Source: Oopsacas minuta (lineage: Eukaryota > Animalia > Porifera). From it: 64,000 nt of DNA. The translations under genes were made by a program, and so were the position numbers. Below the pieces are notes generated by a model that saw only the letters and a program-made list of their open reading frames with translations, ran no database searches and was not told where the DNA came from. Below, piece by piece: positions 10,828 through 20,961 of this stretch (positions are counted from its first letter, which is position 1; every line of letters begins with the position of its first letter). The stretch is taken from the NCBI GenBank assembly GCA_024704765.1, contig JAKMXF010000365.1, forward strand, positions 558,001 through 622,000. Direction: 5' to 3'.

Positions 10828-12492
10828 ATGGAATTAGAATGTAAATGTAAGGAAAGTAAAAAAGTTCTAACCGATGAGAGTTCAAAAAAGATGAAATGGA
10901 GGAAACGCGTTTATTTAAACTTAAAAAGTTTATTCCGTAACAAATATCTCCTCATAACCTTGAGTACTTTAGGCATAGTTTTCATTTGGATTCTAGTATT
11001 CATCCCGCTAATAGTCCGAGTTGTAGAGATCAAAACTGCTAACCGTGCTTCTAAAGGTGGTGGTGTGTCTAACCAGAGATCTTCCAATCTCACCAACAGA
11101 CTACCTCCTCTAAATATTACCTTTTCTATCGATACAATGAATACCACTCAAAGAATCTTGTGTATCAACAACTTTATATTTTCACCCAATGACTCGTACT
11201 GCTTTCCAAGTTGTACTTGGGATCCGTTCGATGGAGAAATCGCAACTTTTAAACAGGTATTATTCGCACTGATCAGCATAGCAGGGCTTATACTAGGAAT
11301 TGGAACACTGATCGGATGGGTAGCCACTAGCTGTATTGACTGGAAGAAGAAACGAATTATGTTTAACTTCCAACTAGCACGGACCTCTCTATTCATGGTA
11401 GTTATCTGTAGTATATTGCTGCTGGTAATCAACGTAACAGTAGATCTGTTAGATAGAGGTTACCTGTTTTGTAGTAGTGGAGATGGTGGTGAACAATATT
11501 TACCAGCACATTTGAATCAATACACAAGCACTGATAGCTCAGTTAAGGTAGTTATAAACCTGATAGGAGCTCTCTATCATTATCTCTCCCTCTGCTCACT
11601 ATGCTGGCTGGCAATCTCATTCTTGAATATATTCCTTATCGTATTCTTTCCTCTTAAAGACAGACAAAAAAGATCAATATCAGTATTTCTAATTGAGTGT
11701 CTTGTCGCATTCTCTGCTCCATTATTCCCAATCATACTGGCTACAGCTCTAGACTCAGATTCTCCTTATGGAGTAGTATATACTCTGCAACAAATATACG
11801 TATTCGATGCCTGGCTCAATACGATACTGCATACATGGCTATACTACCTTATTTCTGGTGTCATTATTACGCTTGCCATTATTATAGTGCTAAAGCTCAG
11901 AATCAATTCAATTAACTCAATGCGTATGATCGGGAAATGTATCAAATTGACTGGGTTAGAAAAACGCCTCTTAGCATATTCACTCGTACTAATGTTTGTA
12001 TTATTCATAATAGGATCACAATTGCTACTCGTTAATTCTATTGCAGATTCCTACCATTTTTTGATAGAAGAATATATACTGTGCACAACAGTTAACAGCC
12101 CAATAGAGCTGGCCTTCTTTGGTACAAATATTACACAAATAGTGTATAGAGTCAATACTATTGGAGATGTACAGGTGTGTAAAAGTCTATTAGATGATGC
12201 TAATTCAATGTATCCTTCTTGGTGCTATATGTTGCTATCAATATTATTCCGTGTTTTTTGGTTCATTCCGTTCATTATTTTAATTCCATGTTGCTCATGC
12301 AAATGCTTCAAAAAAGCTCCTATCAAAGCCTCAACAAATGCAATCCATTTAATCCAAAAACCATCTACTTTGAAGTTTAAGGCTCAATCTCAATCTCAAT
12401 CTCTGGAGAACATAGTTAATTCAAGGCAAGGGAATACTAGTGCAAGAAACACGCCCAGCCCCAGGCCAGTGCAAGCACAGACACACATGTAA
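10828..12492 (+). CDS. Frizzled/Smoothened-like (class F-like) 7TM receptor lacking a CRD, with an extra N-terminal hydrophobic segment
   Basis: Eight hydrophobic segments; Cys hinge C...YCFPSC before TM1, Cys in ECL1, LEKRL before TM6 and a long two-Cys ECL3 (YILC...VC) as in Smoothened; first ATG 10828. Confidence 0.6.
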   Translation: MELECKCKESKKVLTDESSKKMKWRKRVYLNLKSLFRNKYLLITLSTLGIVFIWILVFIPLIVRVVEIKTANRASKGGGVSNQRSSNLTNRLPPLNITFSIDTMNTTQRILCINNFIFSPNDSYCFPSCTWDPFDGEIATFKQVLFALISIAGLILGIGTLIGWVATSCIDWKKKRIMFNFQLARTSLFMVVICSILLLVINVTVDLLDRGYLFCSSGDGGEQYLPAHLNQYTSTDSSVKVVINLIGALYHYLSLCSLCWLAISFLNIFLIVFFPLKDRQKRSISVFLIECLVAFSAPLFPIILATALDSDSPYGVVYTLQQIYVFDAWLNTILHTWLYYLISGVIITLAIIIVLKLRINSINSMRMIGKCIKLTGLEKRLLAYSLVLMFVLFIIGSQLLLVNSIADSYHFLIEEYILCTTVNSPIELAFFGTNITQIVYRVNTIGDVQVCKSLLDDANSMYPSWCYMLLSILFRVFWFIPFIILIPCCSCKCFKKAPIKASTNAIHLIQKPSTLKFKAQSQSQSLENIVNSRQGNTSARNTPSPRPVQAQTHM

Positions 12493-12631
12493 TAACATGA
12501 TGATTTGATTATTTATTCTGTTATTTGTAACTACCATGGATAATTATGTAATAAATACAAAATGAAATACTGTATTACATTTACACACCATCAATTAATA
12601 ATATGAATAATAACAAGGGATTCAAAATAGC

Positions 12632-12656
12632 CTCTCTCTCTCTCTCTCTCTCTCTC
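12632..12656. repeat. (CT)12 microsatellite
   Basis: Directly visible perfect dinucleotide run between convergent genes. Confidence 0.95.
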
Positions 12657-12794
12657 CTGTAAAGTACTTACAATTAAGGAAGTGTACATTATTTTACCTT
12701 TTAAATATATCAGTTGAATCCATGAATTGTAATAATAGGAATTTAGTTAGGATAGCATTAATGAGAATATATTGAATTAAACTTCCGCATAAAG

Positions 12795-13169
12795 TTAGGG
12801 CCAGTGTCCAGCTATGCTACTAGCAATAGAGTTCATTAATCCCACTTCAACATCTTTAGCAAACTCGATACAGAGTAGACAGCTTCCTAGTTTGTAAGAT
12901 AACACAATCATATTGTCTAGATAGATGAACTGAGCCTGTACCTCTTCATGTGGGAATTCTAATACAATTTGAGATTCGCAAGATCTCCAGATTGTGTTTG
13001 CTAGTGTTGCAACAGATAAACTGTCAACAGCTGGTCCTGAAGAGGCACATACCTTACCGACTTTGTCTAGCAACAATATTGTATTGATTGAGGGGAAATT
13101 GGCTTTGGTTTGCGTTAGATAGGATGTTACCTCTCTTGATTCAAGGATGAATGTGCCTTGAGATTGCAT
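12795..13169 (-). CDS. LAMTOR2: Ragulator subunit LAMTOR2-like (Roadblock/LC7 fold)
   Basis: 124 aa; TILLLDKVGKVCASSG, ATLANTIW and LLCIEFAKDVEVGLM align by eye to LAMTOR2 STLLLNNEGSLLAYSG / AAIASNIW / LLCMYAKETVGFGML. Confidence 0.72.
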   Translation of the reverse strand: MQSQGTFILESREVTSYLTQTKANFPSINTILLLDKVGKVCASSGPAVDSLSVATLANTIWRSCESQIVLEFPHEEVQAQFIYLDNMIVLSYKLGSCLLCIEFAKDVEVGLMNSIASSIAGHWP

Positions 13170-13309
13170 GCTAGGATTGTTAATTAGAATATGAGATTTT
13201 TCTATAGTTATACATGTACGTAATGTTTGGAGGGAAAACTGGTTCCCTCGCTCTTCTTGCCATCCCCCTCTTCTAATAGACCCTGCAGCCCCCTGCTTAT
13301 ATATAAAGA

Positions 13310-13415
13310 ACGAGCTTTTGGCTCGTCACTTCGCGATGAACTCGGCGCATTGCGCCTAGAGGTATTCAATGAACAAACAAACAGACAAACAACAATTGAG
13401 ATTTAATAATATAGA
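13310..13415 (-). mobile_element. Short dispersed repeat with Helitron-like 5' end (TCTATATTATTAAA), GTTT/GTCT microsatellite and GC hairpin
   Basis: About 90% identical second copy at 54869-55542; ACGAGC-loop-GCTCGT hairpin; the Helitron assignment is inferred from the TC start and the (GTYT)n tract only. Confidence 0.6.
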
Positions 13416-13965
13416 TTTATTTATTTATGAGCGATATAAACAAATATAAACAAATGTAAATAAACCTACGATACATGATGCAATCAATCGCATCGTGTAT
13501 GATAGGTTTAATAAAAATATACACCGATTTGTTACAAAAGAGAACGTCAGACCCGTCGTAACATTTGGGAAAACAAATTTATCTAATACTGTATTAACGT
13601 CTTGCCATGTCTAATACGAATCAGATTTATATGGCTGAGGGAATACATTCCAGAAATGTATGTGATAAGTAAATGCAGTATTCCACTCCTAACTGGTGAC
13701 TGGTAATGCGACCTTTACGAATCACAATTTGTTATCTTCTTCTCTCTGTATAGAAGTAGCGAGAATATGATAAGTACATGTCCCTTATGATGATGAAACA
13801 ATATATTATTAGTGATCCAATTCCAATGTAGATGGGAATAATAGAGCGTATCGCTCTTATCTAATATAGGATTTGGAATATCTTTTCCATCTATAATGAA
13901 ATGAATAGTAGCCTATTGATTCAAATTGTTTTGATTTGCTTTTTGTACTGTGCGTATAGAATATC

Positions 13966-14914
13966 ATGTTACTCAGAAGAACTAGCTCAATCTTATCTAT
14001 TCTAAGTACACCCTCACTTACCTCACCAGCTAGTAGGAGGTTGTATGGAATGATAGATAAGAGAGGTGTAGTTAAGAGGGTGTATAGGAATGTAGAGTAT
14101 TCTAAAGGAAATGACGGCTACTCTGTATTGCTGGATGGTAAGCCTCTTAAAACACCCAAGGTAGATTCATACCAATTCATTCAATAGAGTTGTTATGAAT
14201 TGTGCAATAATTTGTATTTTGCTTATTTTTAGGGACAACCTTTGCTATTACCTACAGAGAGATTAGCAGCAGTTATATCACAAGAATGGGCTCAACAGGA
14301 GGAAGAAATACGACCACACTCTATGCATCTAAATTCTCTAGCTCATACTGCAATAGATAACCCGATATCAGAAACTAATGAGCAGAGAGTAGAGTCTATA
14401 TTACAAACGTTATCAGGTGATCCTGTATGTCTGAGGATAAGTGAGCCTGAGGAATTCTTTGTTATGCAAAATGAGAAATGGGGACCTTTGCTAGAATGGT
14501 TCAATACTTTATATGGAGTTAGTTTACTGTATACAATACGGTACTAAACATGATTGACTACAATTGTTATGAGTTAATAAACTGTAGGTTTCTATCAAAC
14601 CAGAAATTGACGGATTCTTCATAGATGTTACAGAAGACAGTTTAGCTATTGTAAGAAAAAAGTTATCACGACATGACAAGTGGCATTTGACAGGACTTAA
14701 GTTTGGTGTGGACTCGTGTCGCTCCCTCATCATAATGTCAAGTTTGTTAGAGGGCGTCATAACTTGTGAAGAAGCAGTTTTCTCAAGTTTATTAGAATCT
14801 CAGTTCCAAGTGAGGAAATGGGGGCGTGTGGAATGGGGACATGATGTAGAGGAGGCGGAGCTATGGAATAGATTGTCAGCTGCTGTTCTCTTTGTAACAG
14901 CAGCTAGTGAATAA
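13966..14914 (+). CDS. ATPAF2: ATP synthase F1 assembly factor 2 (ATP12); exons 13966-14160, 14233-14517, 14588-14914
   Basis: KRVYRNV, YSVLLDGKPLKTPK, A..QEW..Q, MHLNSL..TAID, LESQFQ..KWG.VEWGHD motifs; two phase-0 GT-AG introns of 72 and 70 nt. Confidence 0.93.
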
Positions 14915-15108
14915 TGTATTTACGTAGTATGAACTTAATTTGGGCCTTATAATCCTTAATGAATGACTTAGTGTGCATTTAATTAGTATTCAGAAAGAGA
15001 AATAAAAAATAGTAAATAAATAAATAAATAACTAAATAACACCCACAATGCTAGTTAATTATGAGACGGGAACTCTGCTAAAATGGCATCATGAACAATA
15101 CACTGGGC

Positions 15109-16350
15109 TCATAATAGACCCAGAGAATTGAGATTAGATGAAAGTCTACTATGAATCAGGAGCTGATCTTCTGTGGGTAGGTCCAGTAACATGCGCGTAA
15201 GTTTTTCCAAATCAGTCTGAGGGAGAAATGTTATCATGTAAACGTATACGAATGATGCCATTAAGAATTGACAATCAAATCGATCAATCACTCCGCCATG
15301 ACCTGGGATAAGATCGTCAAAATCTTTGAGTTTAAAAGCACGTTTAAATCCAGAAGCGAAGAACCCACCAAAAGGTGCGATAAGCGAGCCAAACACTGCA
15401 AAAACTAACGCATGTAATTGACACGGGTAGAGATACACACCTGTATCAAGTTGGGATAGTGTGTAGTAAGTTGGGGTAAACACGTCAGACGGCGTACAGT
15501 TAAGGGTGTATGGGAATGCAGATACCTGGGAACTAATAGGACACACCATTGTAGGGAACTGAGCAAGATAAGCTGAAAAGAAAAATACAAATAGAATTGT
15601 AACTACCATTCCACCTATAAATCCCTCCCAAGTTTTCTTAGGCGAAAGAGAGATGAGTGGAGTTCTACCCAGGAAGAATCCAAATATATAAGCAAATATG
15701 TCATTGCAGATTACTGTGCAGATAGGAAGTATGAACCAGTAAATGCTGGAGACAACAGATTGTAGTATAAAATGTCCTAGCGTCATAAATAGCATGATAG
15801 CTAGATGAGCCCAACCATAGAGTTTGAATTGGATCTTGTAGAAACCTTTCTTGAGTGTGAGTACAAACACGATGAATCCTACCATGTATAAGAAAAAGGA
15901 AATGAACAAATGATACGATTTAAACAGCTGGTTGATATGAGAACGATCGTCAAACTCATCGAAGAGATGTTGTATAGTTAGACCGTATGAGTAATAAGAA
16001 ACTACAAATACGAAATACCAATTCAGTGAGCGGAATAGCGGGAGATTCTGTGGGAGATTTTGCTGAATATATTTCTGATAAGAAATGCTTACAATCTCTT
16101 GTATAGCTTTTAGCTGGACAAGAAAGACTAGAAGGCTAAGCCCAAATGGCCCTAGTTGTATCGTTAGCACGAATATTGCTATCATAGTGAATGCGAAAAC
16201 CGCCCTCACCCACCAATTCTTCCATTTAGGAGCAAGAGAATCCCACATCCTGGATATTCCACTCTTCCCATCTTTCTCGGACTGTACATTATTAGTTACC
16301 ACTGTATCTGGCTCAGCTTTTGCTAGAAGATTTCTATTACGGACTTCCAT
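15109..16350 (-). CDS. CDS2: Phosphatidate cytidylyltransferase (CDP-diacylglycerol synthase, CDS1/2-type), intronless
   Basis: KNWWVR, CNDIFAYIFGFFLGRTPLISLSPKKTWEGFIGG, SGFKRAFKLKDFDDLIPGHGGVIDRFDCQ. Confidence 0.95.
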   Translation of the reverse strand: MEVRNRNLLAKAEPDTVVTNNVQSEKDGKSGISRMWDSLAPKWKNWWVRAVFAFTMIAIFVLTIQLGPFGLSLLVFLVQLKAIQEIVSISYQKYIQQNLPQNLPLFRSLNWYFVFVVSYYSYGLTIQHLFDEFDDRSHINQLFKSYHLFISFFLYMVGFIVFVLTLKKGFYKIQFKLYGWAHLAIMLFMTLGHFILQSVVSSIYWFILPICTVICNDIFAYIFGFFLGRTPLISLSPKKTWEGFIGGMVVTILFVFFFSAYLAQFPTMVCPISSQVSAFPYTLNCTPSDVFTPTYYTLSQLDTGVYLYPCQLHALVFAVFGSLIAPFGGFFASGFKRAFKLKDFDDLIPGHGGVIDRFDCQFLMASFVYVYMITFLPQTDLEKLTRMLLDLPTEDQLLIHSRLSSNLNSLGLL

Positions 16351-16641
16351 TTCTACTCTGGTATGTAGTGGAAATATCTATCCTTCATATTAATTAAGAC
16401 CTTGTCTAAGGCCTATTACACTAAACCTAGGGTTAGGGTTAGAAATTTTACCAATAAGTTATTACCATCAAATTGAAAAGTCTTACCAAATATCAATTGA
16501 GTAGACAAATGTCTGGTGACAAACTATAATCAGTATTTTGATTATTAATTGAAAATTGGAGGCTGTCTGCCTATACACTTATGTGTACAGTTCATTTTAG
16601 GTATTTTCGATTTAATTAATACGATATATAGCAAATCTCCG

Positions 16642-17157
16642 ATGGCTACCGAAAAGCTTGATACTTCAACAGAACCTACCGTAAAACTGTTGATACAACA
16701 GTGTATTAGTGCAAAGTTACAAGTAAAACCACCATCTGCAGATGGAATAGCTGATGGAGAATTTGTTACAATTGAAAAGGGGATTGTAGCATACGTTAGC
16801 TTCCTAAAATCTGCTACAGTTGAATCGGTTACCAGAGCTGCTAATATAACTCTAAATGTAAAACTAAGTTATGACGAGGCTACAAGTAAACTACAGTCAG
16901 CACTTGACACTAACGGCGATGTACTAATAATCCCACAAGCTTGTTTGGGAGGAAAACTAAAAGGAAAATCATTCCAGTATCACAATTTAATGGCTAAAGA
17001 TGATTCACATGCTCTGTACCAAGTTTATATTGATCAGTGCAAGCAGATTATGGCTGCAAACTCAGTTAAATCATCTCTGCAACACGGAACTTATGGAAAC
17101 AGACAAGTATTGAGTGTTGTAACAAATGGACCTTTCACACATGTTATCGATGTATAG
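16642..17157 (+). CDS. DTD2: D-aminoacyl-tRNA deacylase 2
   Basis: QQCISAKLQV, GIVAYVSF, LIIPQACLGGKLKGK..QYH, YGNRQVL...TNGPFTH; probable start ATG 16642. Confidence 0.9.
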   Translation: MATEKLDTSTEPTVKLLIQQCISAKLQVKPPSADGIADGEFVTIEKGIVAYVSFLKSATVESVTRAANITLNVKLSYDEATSKLQSALDTNGDVLIIPQACLGGKLKGKSFQYHNLMAKDDSHALYQVYIDQCKQIMAANSVKSSLQHGTYGNRQVLSVVTNGPFTHVIDV

Positions 17158-17644
17158 GTCAGGGAATATTTGGATAATTAGAATTCGGAATGTTTGCTTT
17201 TTGTTATCTTATTGGGTTTAGCTCATATTAATACTAGGAAAGAATGTAGCATATTAATCACCAAGTAATTGCTGAGATAATTAATTATTAGCATGTTGGT
17301 TATGAAAAGAAGACTGTCTCTATCAATTGAGCCAATCTTCTGTTATAACTTACTATAATACAGATTTATATATGCTTTTACAAAAATACTTGTTTCATAA
17401 AGAAATGTAAAACAATTGCGACCATTGGGTAAACAAAAGTAAGTTGTTTATTATTTGTTGTTGTTTTGACTGTTATTGAAATACATAAAATTAAGGCTGA
17501 TATAACAATAGATCTTTCAGAAATTGGAGATATAGGAAGAAAATATGAATTATCTTCGTTTATACGTATAATATCATTTTAAGCAAGAGCATATAAATCA
17601 TAACAAATTATACAAAGAGCAGCTATGCTATACAATATATCATA

Positions 17645-20392
17645 TTATCTTCTCCAGTATTGAGCCCATTTATGTATCTGATCTACAACTACAGGGAACA
17701 TAGCTTTAACACTTTCATCCAACAGATTCTGAAAGAATTGCACTGCTTCTTCGTCTCCTAATTCTAGCTTAAACTTCTCCTGTACTTTATGTACTGTTTT
17801 ATCTGGTTCCAGAGCAATATCCGGTACATTAGCATCCACCATTAGAGATAGTAGATTGAGGATAAGGTTAGCATGTCTGCGTAGAATTAGAAAAGCCGAG
17901 TAGCAATGGCCTCTGAACTCTTCATACTCCTTACTAGCAGTTCCACACATTCCTTCTACCATTTCCTTGCTTAGTTTCATGGGTGGAGGAAATGGCCGAG
18001 GGTCCCTCCCCAAAATATACCCAAAATCTATATGAAAGAATTTCCCTGAGTTGGTGATAAGTAGATTTTCCAGATGTCTATCTCCTATACCCATCAGATA
18101 CGAGGCTACACAGTAACCAGCCAGAGACCTGACATAGTTATCCATTGCCTCTGCTTTTATACCAGACCGAGTGGATAGATCAGGATTATGTTTCTTCATA
18201 TATGCCTGTATGCTCCCCTCTTTACCGAGTATATCCTGAACAGATGTAGAGTTATGTACAAACTCTACAAACCCGTCTGTAGGAGACACAGGCTGTACGT
18301 GGTAGGGACTGAGCTTCAGGTCTAGACCCTCTCTCCTCAACAATCTATCCATGAGTGATACCATCTGTAACACTAACTGATCCTGTCTGAGATCATCTCC
18401 CCTCTTAAACATGACTAACCTCTCTGATCCATCCTTTATACGGAATGGTAACAATAACGGCTGTGTGTTACTCTTCAATACACATACTCTGTCAACAGGC
18501 AGTGATACTACATGGGCACTGGGGTCAATAGGGAGAGGCATCTCAGATAGGATCCCCTCCTCTAGATTTGAGTAGGAGTACTTCTCTCCTAGCATCCCTC
18601 TCAATTTGTCTGTCTTCTTACTGACAGAACCACGAGATTCCTTAATTATCTTAGCACACTTAACCAGTGTATCTACCAGGTCTCTCTGTTTACACATTTG
18701 TGAGTATAGCTTGCTTTCCCATTGCTTCTCCTTCATGCATCTTAAGAACTCAGAAGCTACGTAGTTGTACCTCCTTAGCTGTTCATTCGAGTTCTTACCG
18801 TCCTGACACTCTACAGCTAGGTACCAGTAGAGATAGAAGGCAAGCCCACCACTCTGTGAGCACCTCCATATTAGGAATTTGACAAGCGACATTCTGTTCT
18901 CATTCGGATGGACAGCTGATCTTGGAGTAGATAGTGTAGACTCTGTAGCTTCTATTCCTTCTGTAGTTACCCCTGAGCTCTTGAGAGTAGTCTCAAACAA
19001 TAGACTCTCTTGCTTTTCATCTGGTGTATCATCTGCGATATTTACAGGAGTTCTTAATAAGCTATCCTCTCTCTCAGTCTCTACAGGATTCTCACTACTA
19101 GCAGGTATTAGCTGTTTCGGTAGAGAGCTAGCAGATAGTAGCTCACTGTTCTCGTACCTGATAGCTTGTACAAGCTGTAACAAGTACAGAGATAGGTCCT
19201 CGTCATCAGCTGATGACAAACAGCTGACTGCATACTTCCTGACAGACTCATGTGTGAATATAGGCTTTAGTAGCTCTAGTGCTTCGGCAGGAGATGGTTT
19301 CTGCCATCTGTCCATCAGTCTAAGAGCGTGTCCCACCTCCACCTCACTACTCCAGTCTACAGCCTCCAAGAACTTGGGTAGAGCACTAGATTGTAGAAGG
19401 AGGGAGTGACGGTATTGACAGAGGAGGATCTTCTCCTGGGGTGTAAGAGCATGGGAGGGAGGAGAAGAAGTTATACGGTCTAACAGCTGTTTGTCTGTAC
19501 CAATAGGTTTCAATTGTCTGTCCATCATCCCTGGTCCTAAATGCAACTCAGTCAGTTGTCTGTGTTTCTGCTCCACTAAGTTAGGTAGATCCATCTCTGG
19601 ATCTTGTATATGGCACAGCTGGTAAGAAGTGGGGTGTGTGACAACCTCAGTGCCGCTAGTTTCAAAGTACACCATGGATAGAACCTCATCTGTTCCCTGC
19701 TTACAAAATGTAGGGAATTGTACGGATAGGTAAAAGTGTTCAGTAGCTCGTTTCTCCTGATCATTTATCCGCGATATCTCTGGGAATGTAACCCGATCCA
19801 ACCAGCCTATGTGCTGGATATGTCTTTCACAATGTTGTCTCTGAAGATCGCTTAGTCTCTGTGTTTCACTCTCAGAGTTCCTAACGTGACCTGGAGTAGA
19901 ACATCCATGGTACTTACCGCATGCTTCTACACCTAACCACACTCTCAGGTCCACAATCCCTGTATGACAAGCTCCCCAATCATCAAATACCGGAATAGAG
20001 GTACCGCCGAGAGCGGCTGGTTTTCTCGGTCCCTCGCTGTCCCATATAGTCAGGGCTAACATGGTCTTCCTGGAAAGATGCTTACAAGGGATATGTAAAC
20101 TGAGCCATTGTCCCCATTGCCAAATTGACTGTCCACTGAAACTCTTATAACAAGTCTGAATTGGACAAGAGAGAGGCACACCGTCATCAAACAGCTGACA
20201 TGTGATCGAAAAATCTGGGCGGTCCGTTTGATAGATACCTGCAATTGAAAGAGAAGGATTATCAACTAGTTTCTGATAATCGTCTCGTAGATTGGTTAGA
20301 TTGCCATCTAAACAACAAATCTTGAGTTTGAATCTCTCATCCAAATCACAACTGTGAAAATAACTATAATTGGATTTCCCAGATTGAGGCAT
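17645..20392 (-). CDS. PIK3C3: Class III PI3-kinase Vps34, intronless
   Basis: C2, helical and kinase domains; FKRGDDLRQDQL, GIGDRHLENL, HIDFGYILGRDP and C-terminal HKWAQYWRR. Confidence 0.98.
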   Translation of the reverse strand: MPQSGKSNYSYFHSCDLDERFKLKICCLDGNLTNLRDDYQKLVDNPSLSIAGIYQTDRPDFSITCQLFDDGVPLSCPIQTCYKSFSGQSIWQWGQWLSLHIPCKHLSRKTMLALTIWDSEGPRKPAALGGTSIPVFDDWGACHTGIVDLRVWLGVEACGKYHGCSTPGHVRNSESETQRLSDLQRQHCERHIQHIGWLDRVTFPEISRINDQEKRATEHFYLSVQFPTFCKQGTDEVLSMVYFETSGTEVVTHPTSYQLCHIQDPEMDLPNLVEQKHRQLTELHLGPGMMDRQLKPIGTDKQLLDRITSSPPSHALTPQEKILLCQYRHSLLLQSSALPKFLEAVDWSSEVEVGHALRLMDRWQKPSPAEALELLKPIFTHESVRKYAVSCLSSADDEDLSLYLLQLVQAIRYENSELLSASSLPKQLIPASSENPVETEREDSLLRTPVNIADDTPDEKQESLLFETTLKSSGVTTEGIEATESTLSTPRSAVHPNENRMSLVKFLIWRCSQSGGLAFYLYWYLAVECQDGKNSNEQLRRYNYVASEFLRCMKEKQWESKLYSQMCKQRDLVDTLVKCAKIIKESRGSVSKKTDKLRGMLGEKYSYSNLEEGILSEMPLPIDPSAHVVSLPVDRVCVLKSNTQPLLLPFRIKDGSERLVMFKRGDDLRQDQLVLQMVSLMDRLLRREGLDLKLSPYHVQPVSPTDGFVEFVHNSTSVQDILGKEGSIQAYMKKHNPDLSTRSGIKAEAMDNYVRSLAGYCVASYLMGIGDRHLENLLITNSGKFFHIDFGYILGRDPRPFPPPMKLSKEMVEGMCGTASKEYEEFRGHCYSAFLILRRHANLILNLLSLMVDANVPDIALEPDKTVHKVQEKFKLELGDEEAVQFFQNLLDESVKAMFPVVVDQIHKWAQYWRR

Positions 20393-20961
20393 AGGTAATA
20401 AATCTCTAATCTAACAACGTACAAACAGGTTTCTTAATTTATGGGATTAAAATAGGAAAATGCGCTAGTACATAATCAGCTGGACGGATTTGATTTAGTC
20501 AAGTTATGCACAATTGCAATTACAATGATGAGCTATTTGGTGAAGAATAATTAGATGGTATAATAACCGCGGTAAATTCTAAATCAATTCAAATTTCAAA
20601 TCGGAAAAAACAAACTGACAAACAGACAAACAATAGACTTGATAAAATAAGATTTTGAGGATACGCTCATATAGTTTTCTAGTAGTTTAGACAATGTTTC
20701 TTTAAACCTGAAATTCACTAAATTATGGCCAGGCCCTTCTATATGGAAATGTGGTGGTTTGCTAAAATCGAAGTAGGGGGAGCCCTCCCAATTCAAGTTA
20801 AGATATTACATATTGTCTTGGAAATTTTGCAACCACTTTTCTCAAAACAAACATACAAAACCAGTCAACCATATACGATTTCTAAGTATTTTACAAGTCT
20901 AGTACTAAGAACATGGATTTTCCATGAGATTACCACTTTCTAATGCATACTAGCAAACCTT

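Noticed and set aside
13471-13500. 11-bp imperfect inverted repeat
   Set aside because: Short and imperfect; expected by chance in 64 kb.
16421-16442. Telomere-like CTAGGG TTAGGG TTAG between divergent CDS and DTD2
   Set aside because: Fewer than three units; not enough to call an interstitial telomere or telo-box without enrichment data.
18880-19140. Low-complexity acidic/Ser-rich insertion in the Vps34 helical domain
   Set aside because: A variable loop at this position is a known feature of Vps34 orthologs.
20393-20961. MCM4 head-to-head with a PI3K-family gene, recalling the human MCM4-PRKDC pair
   Set aside because: The neighbour is clearly Vps34 (class III PI3K), not DNA-PKcs; treated as coincidence.
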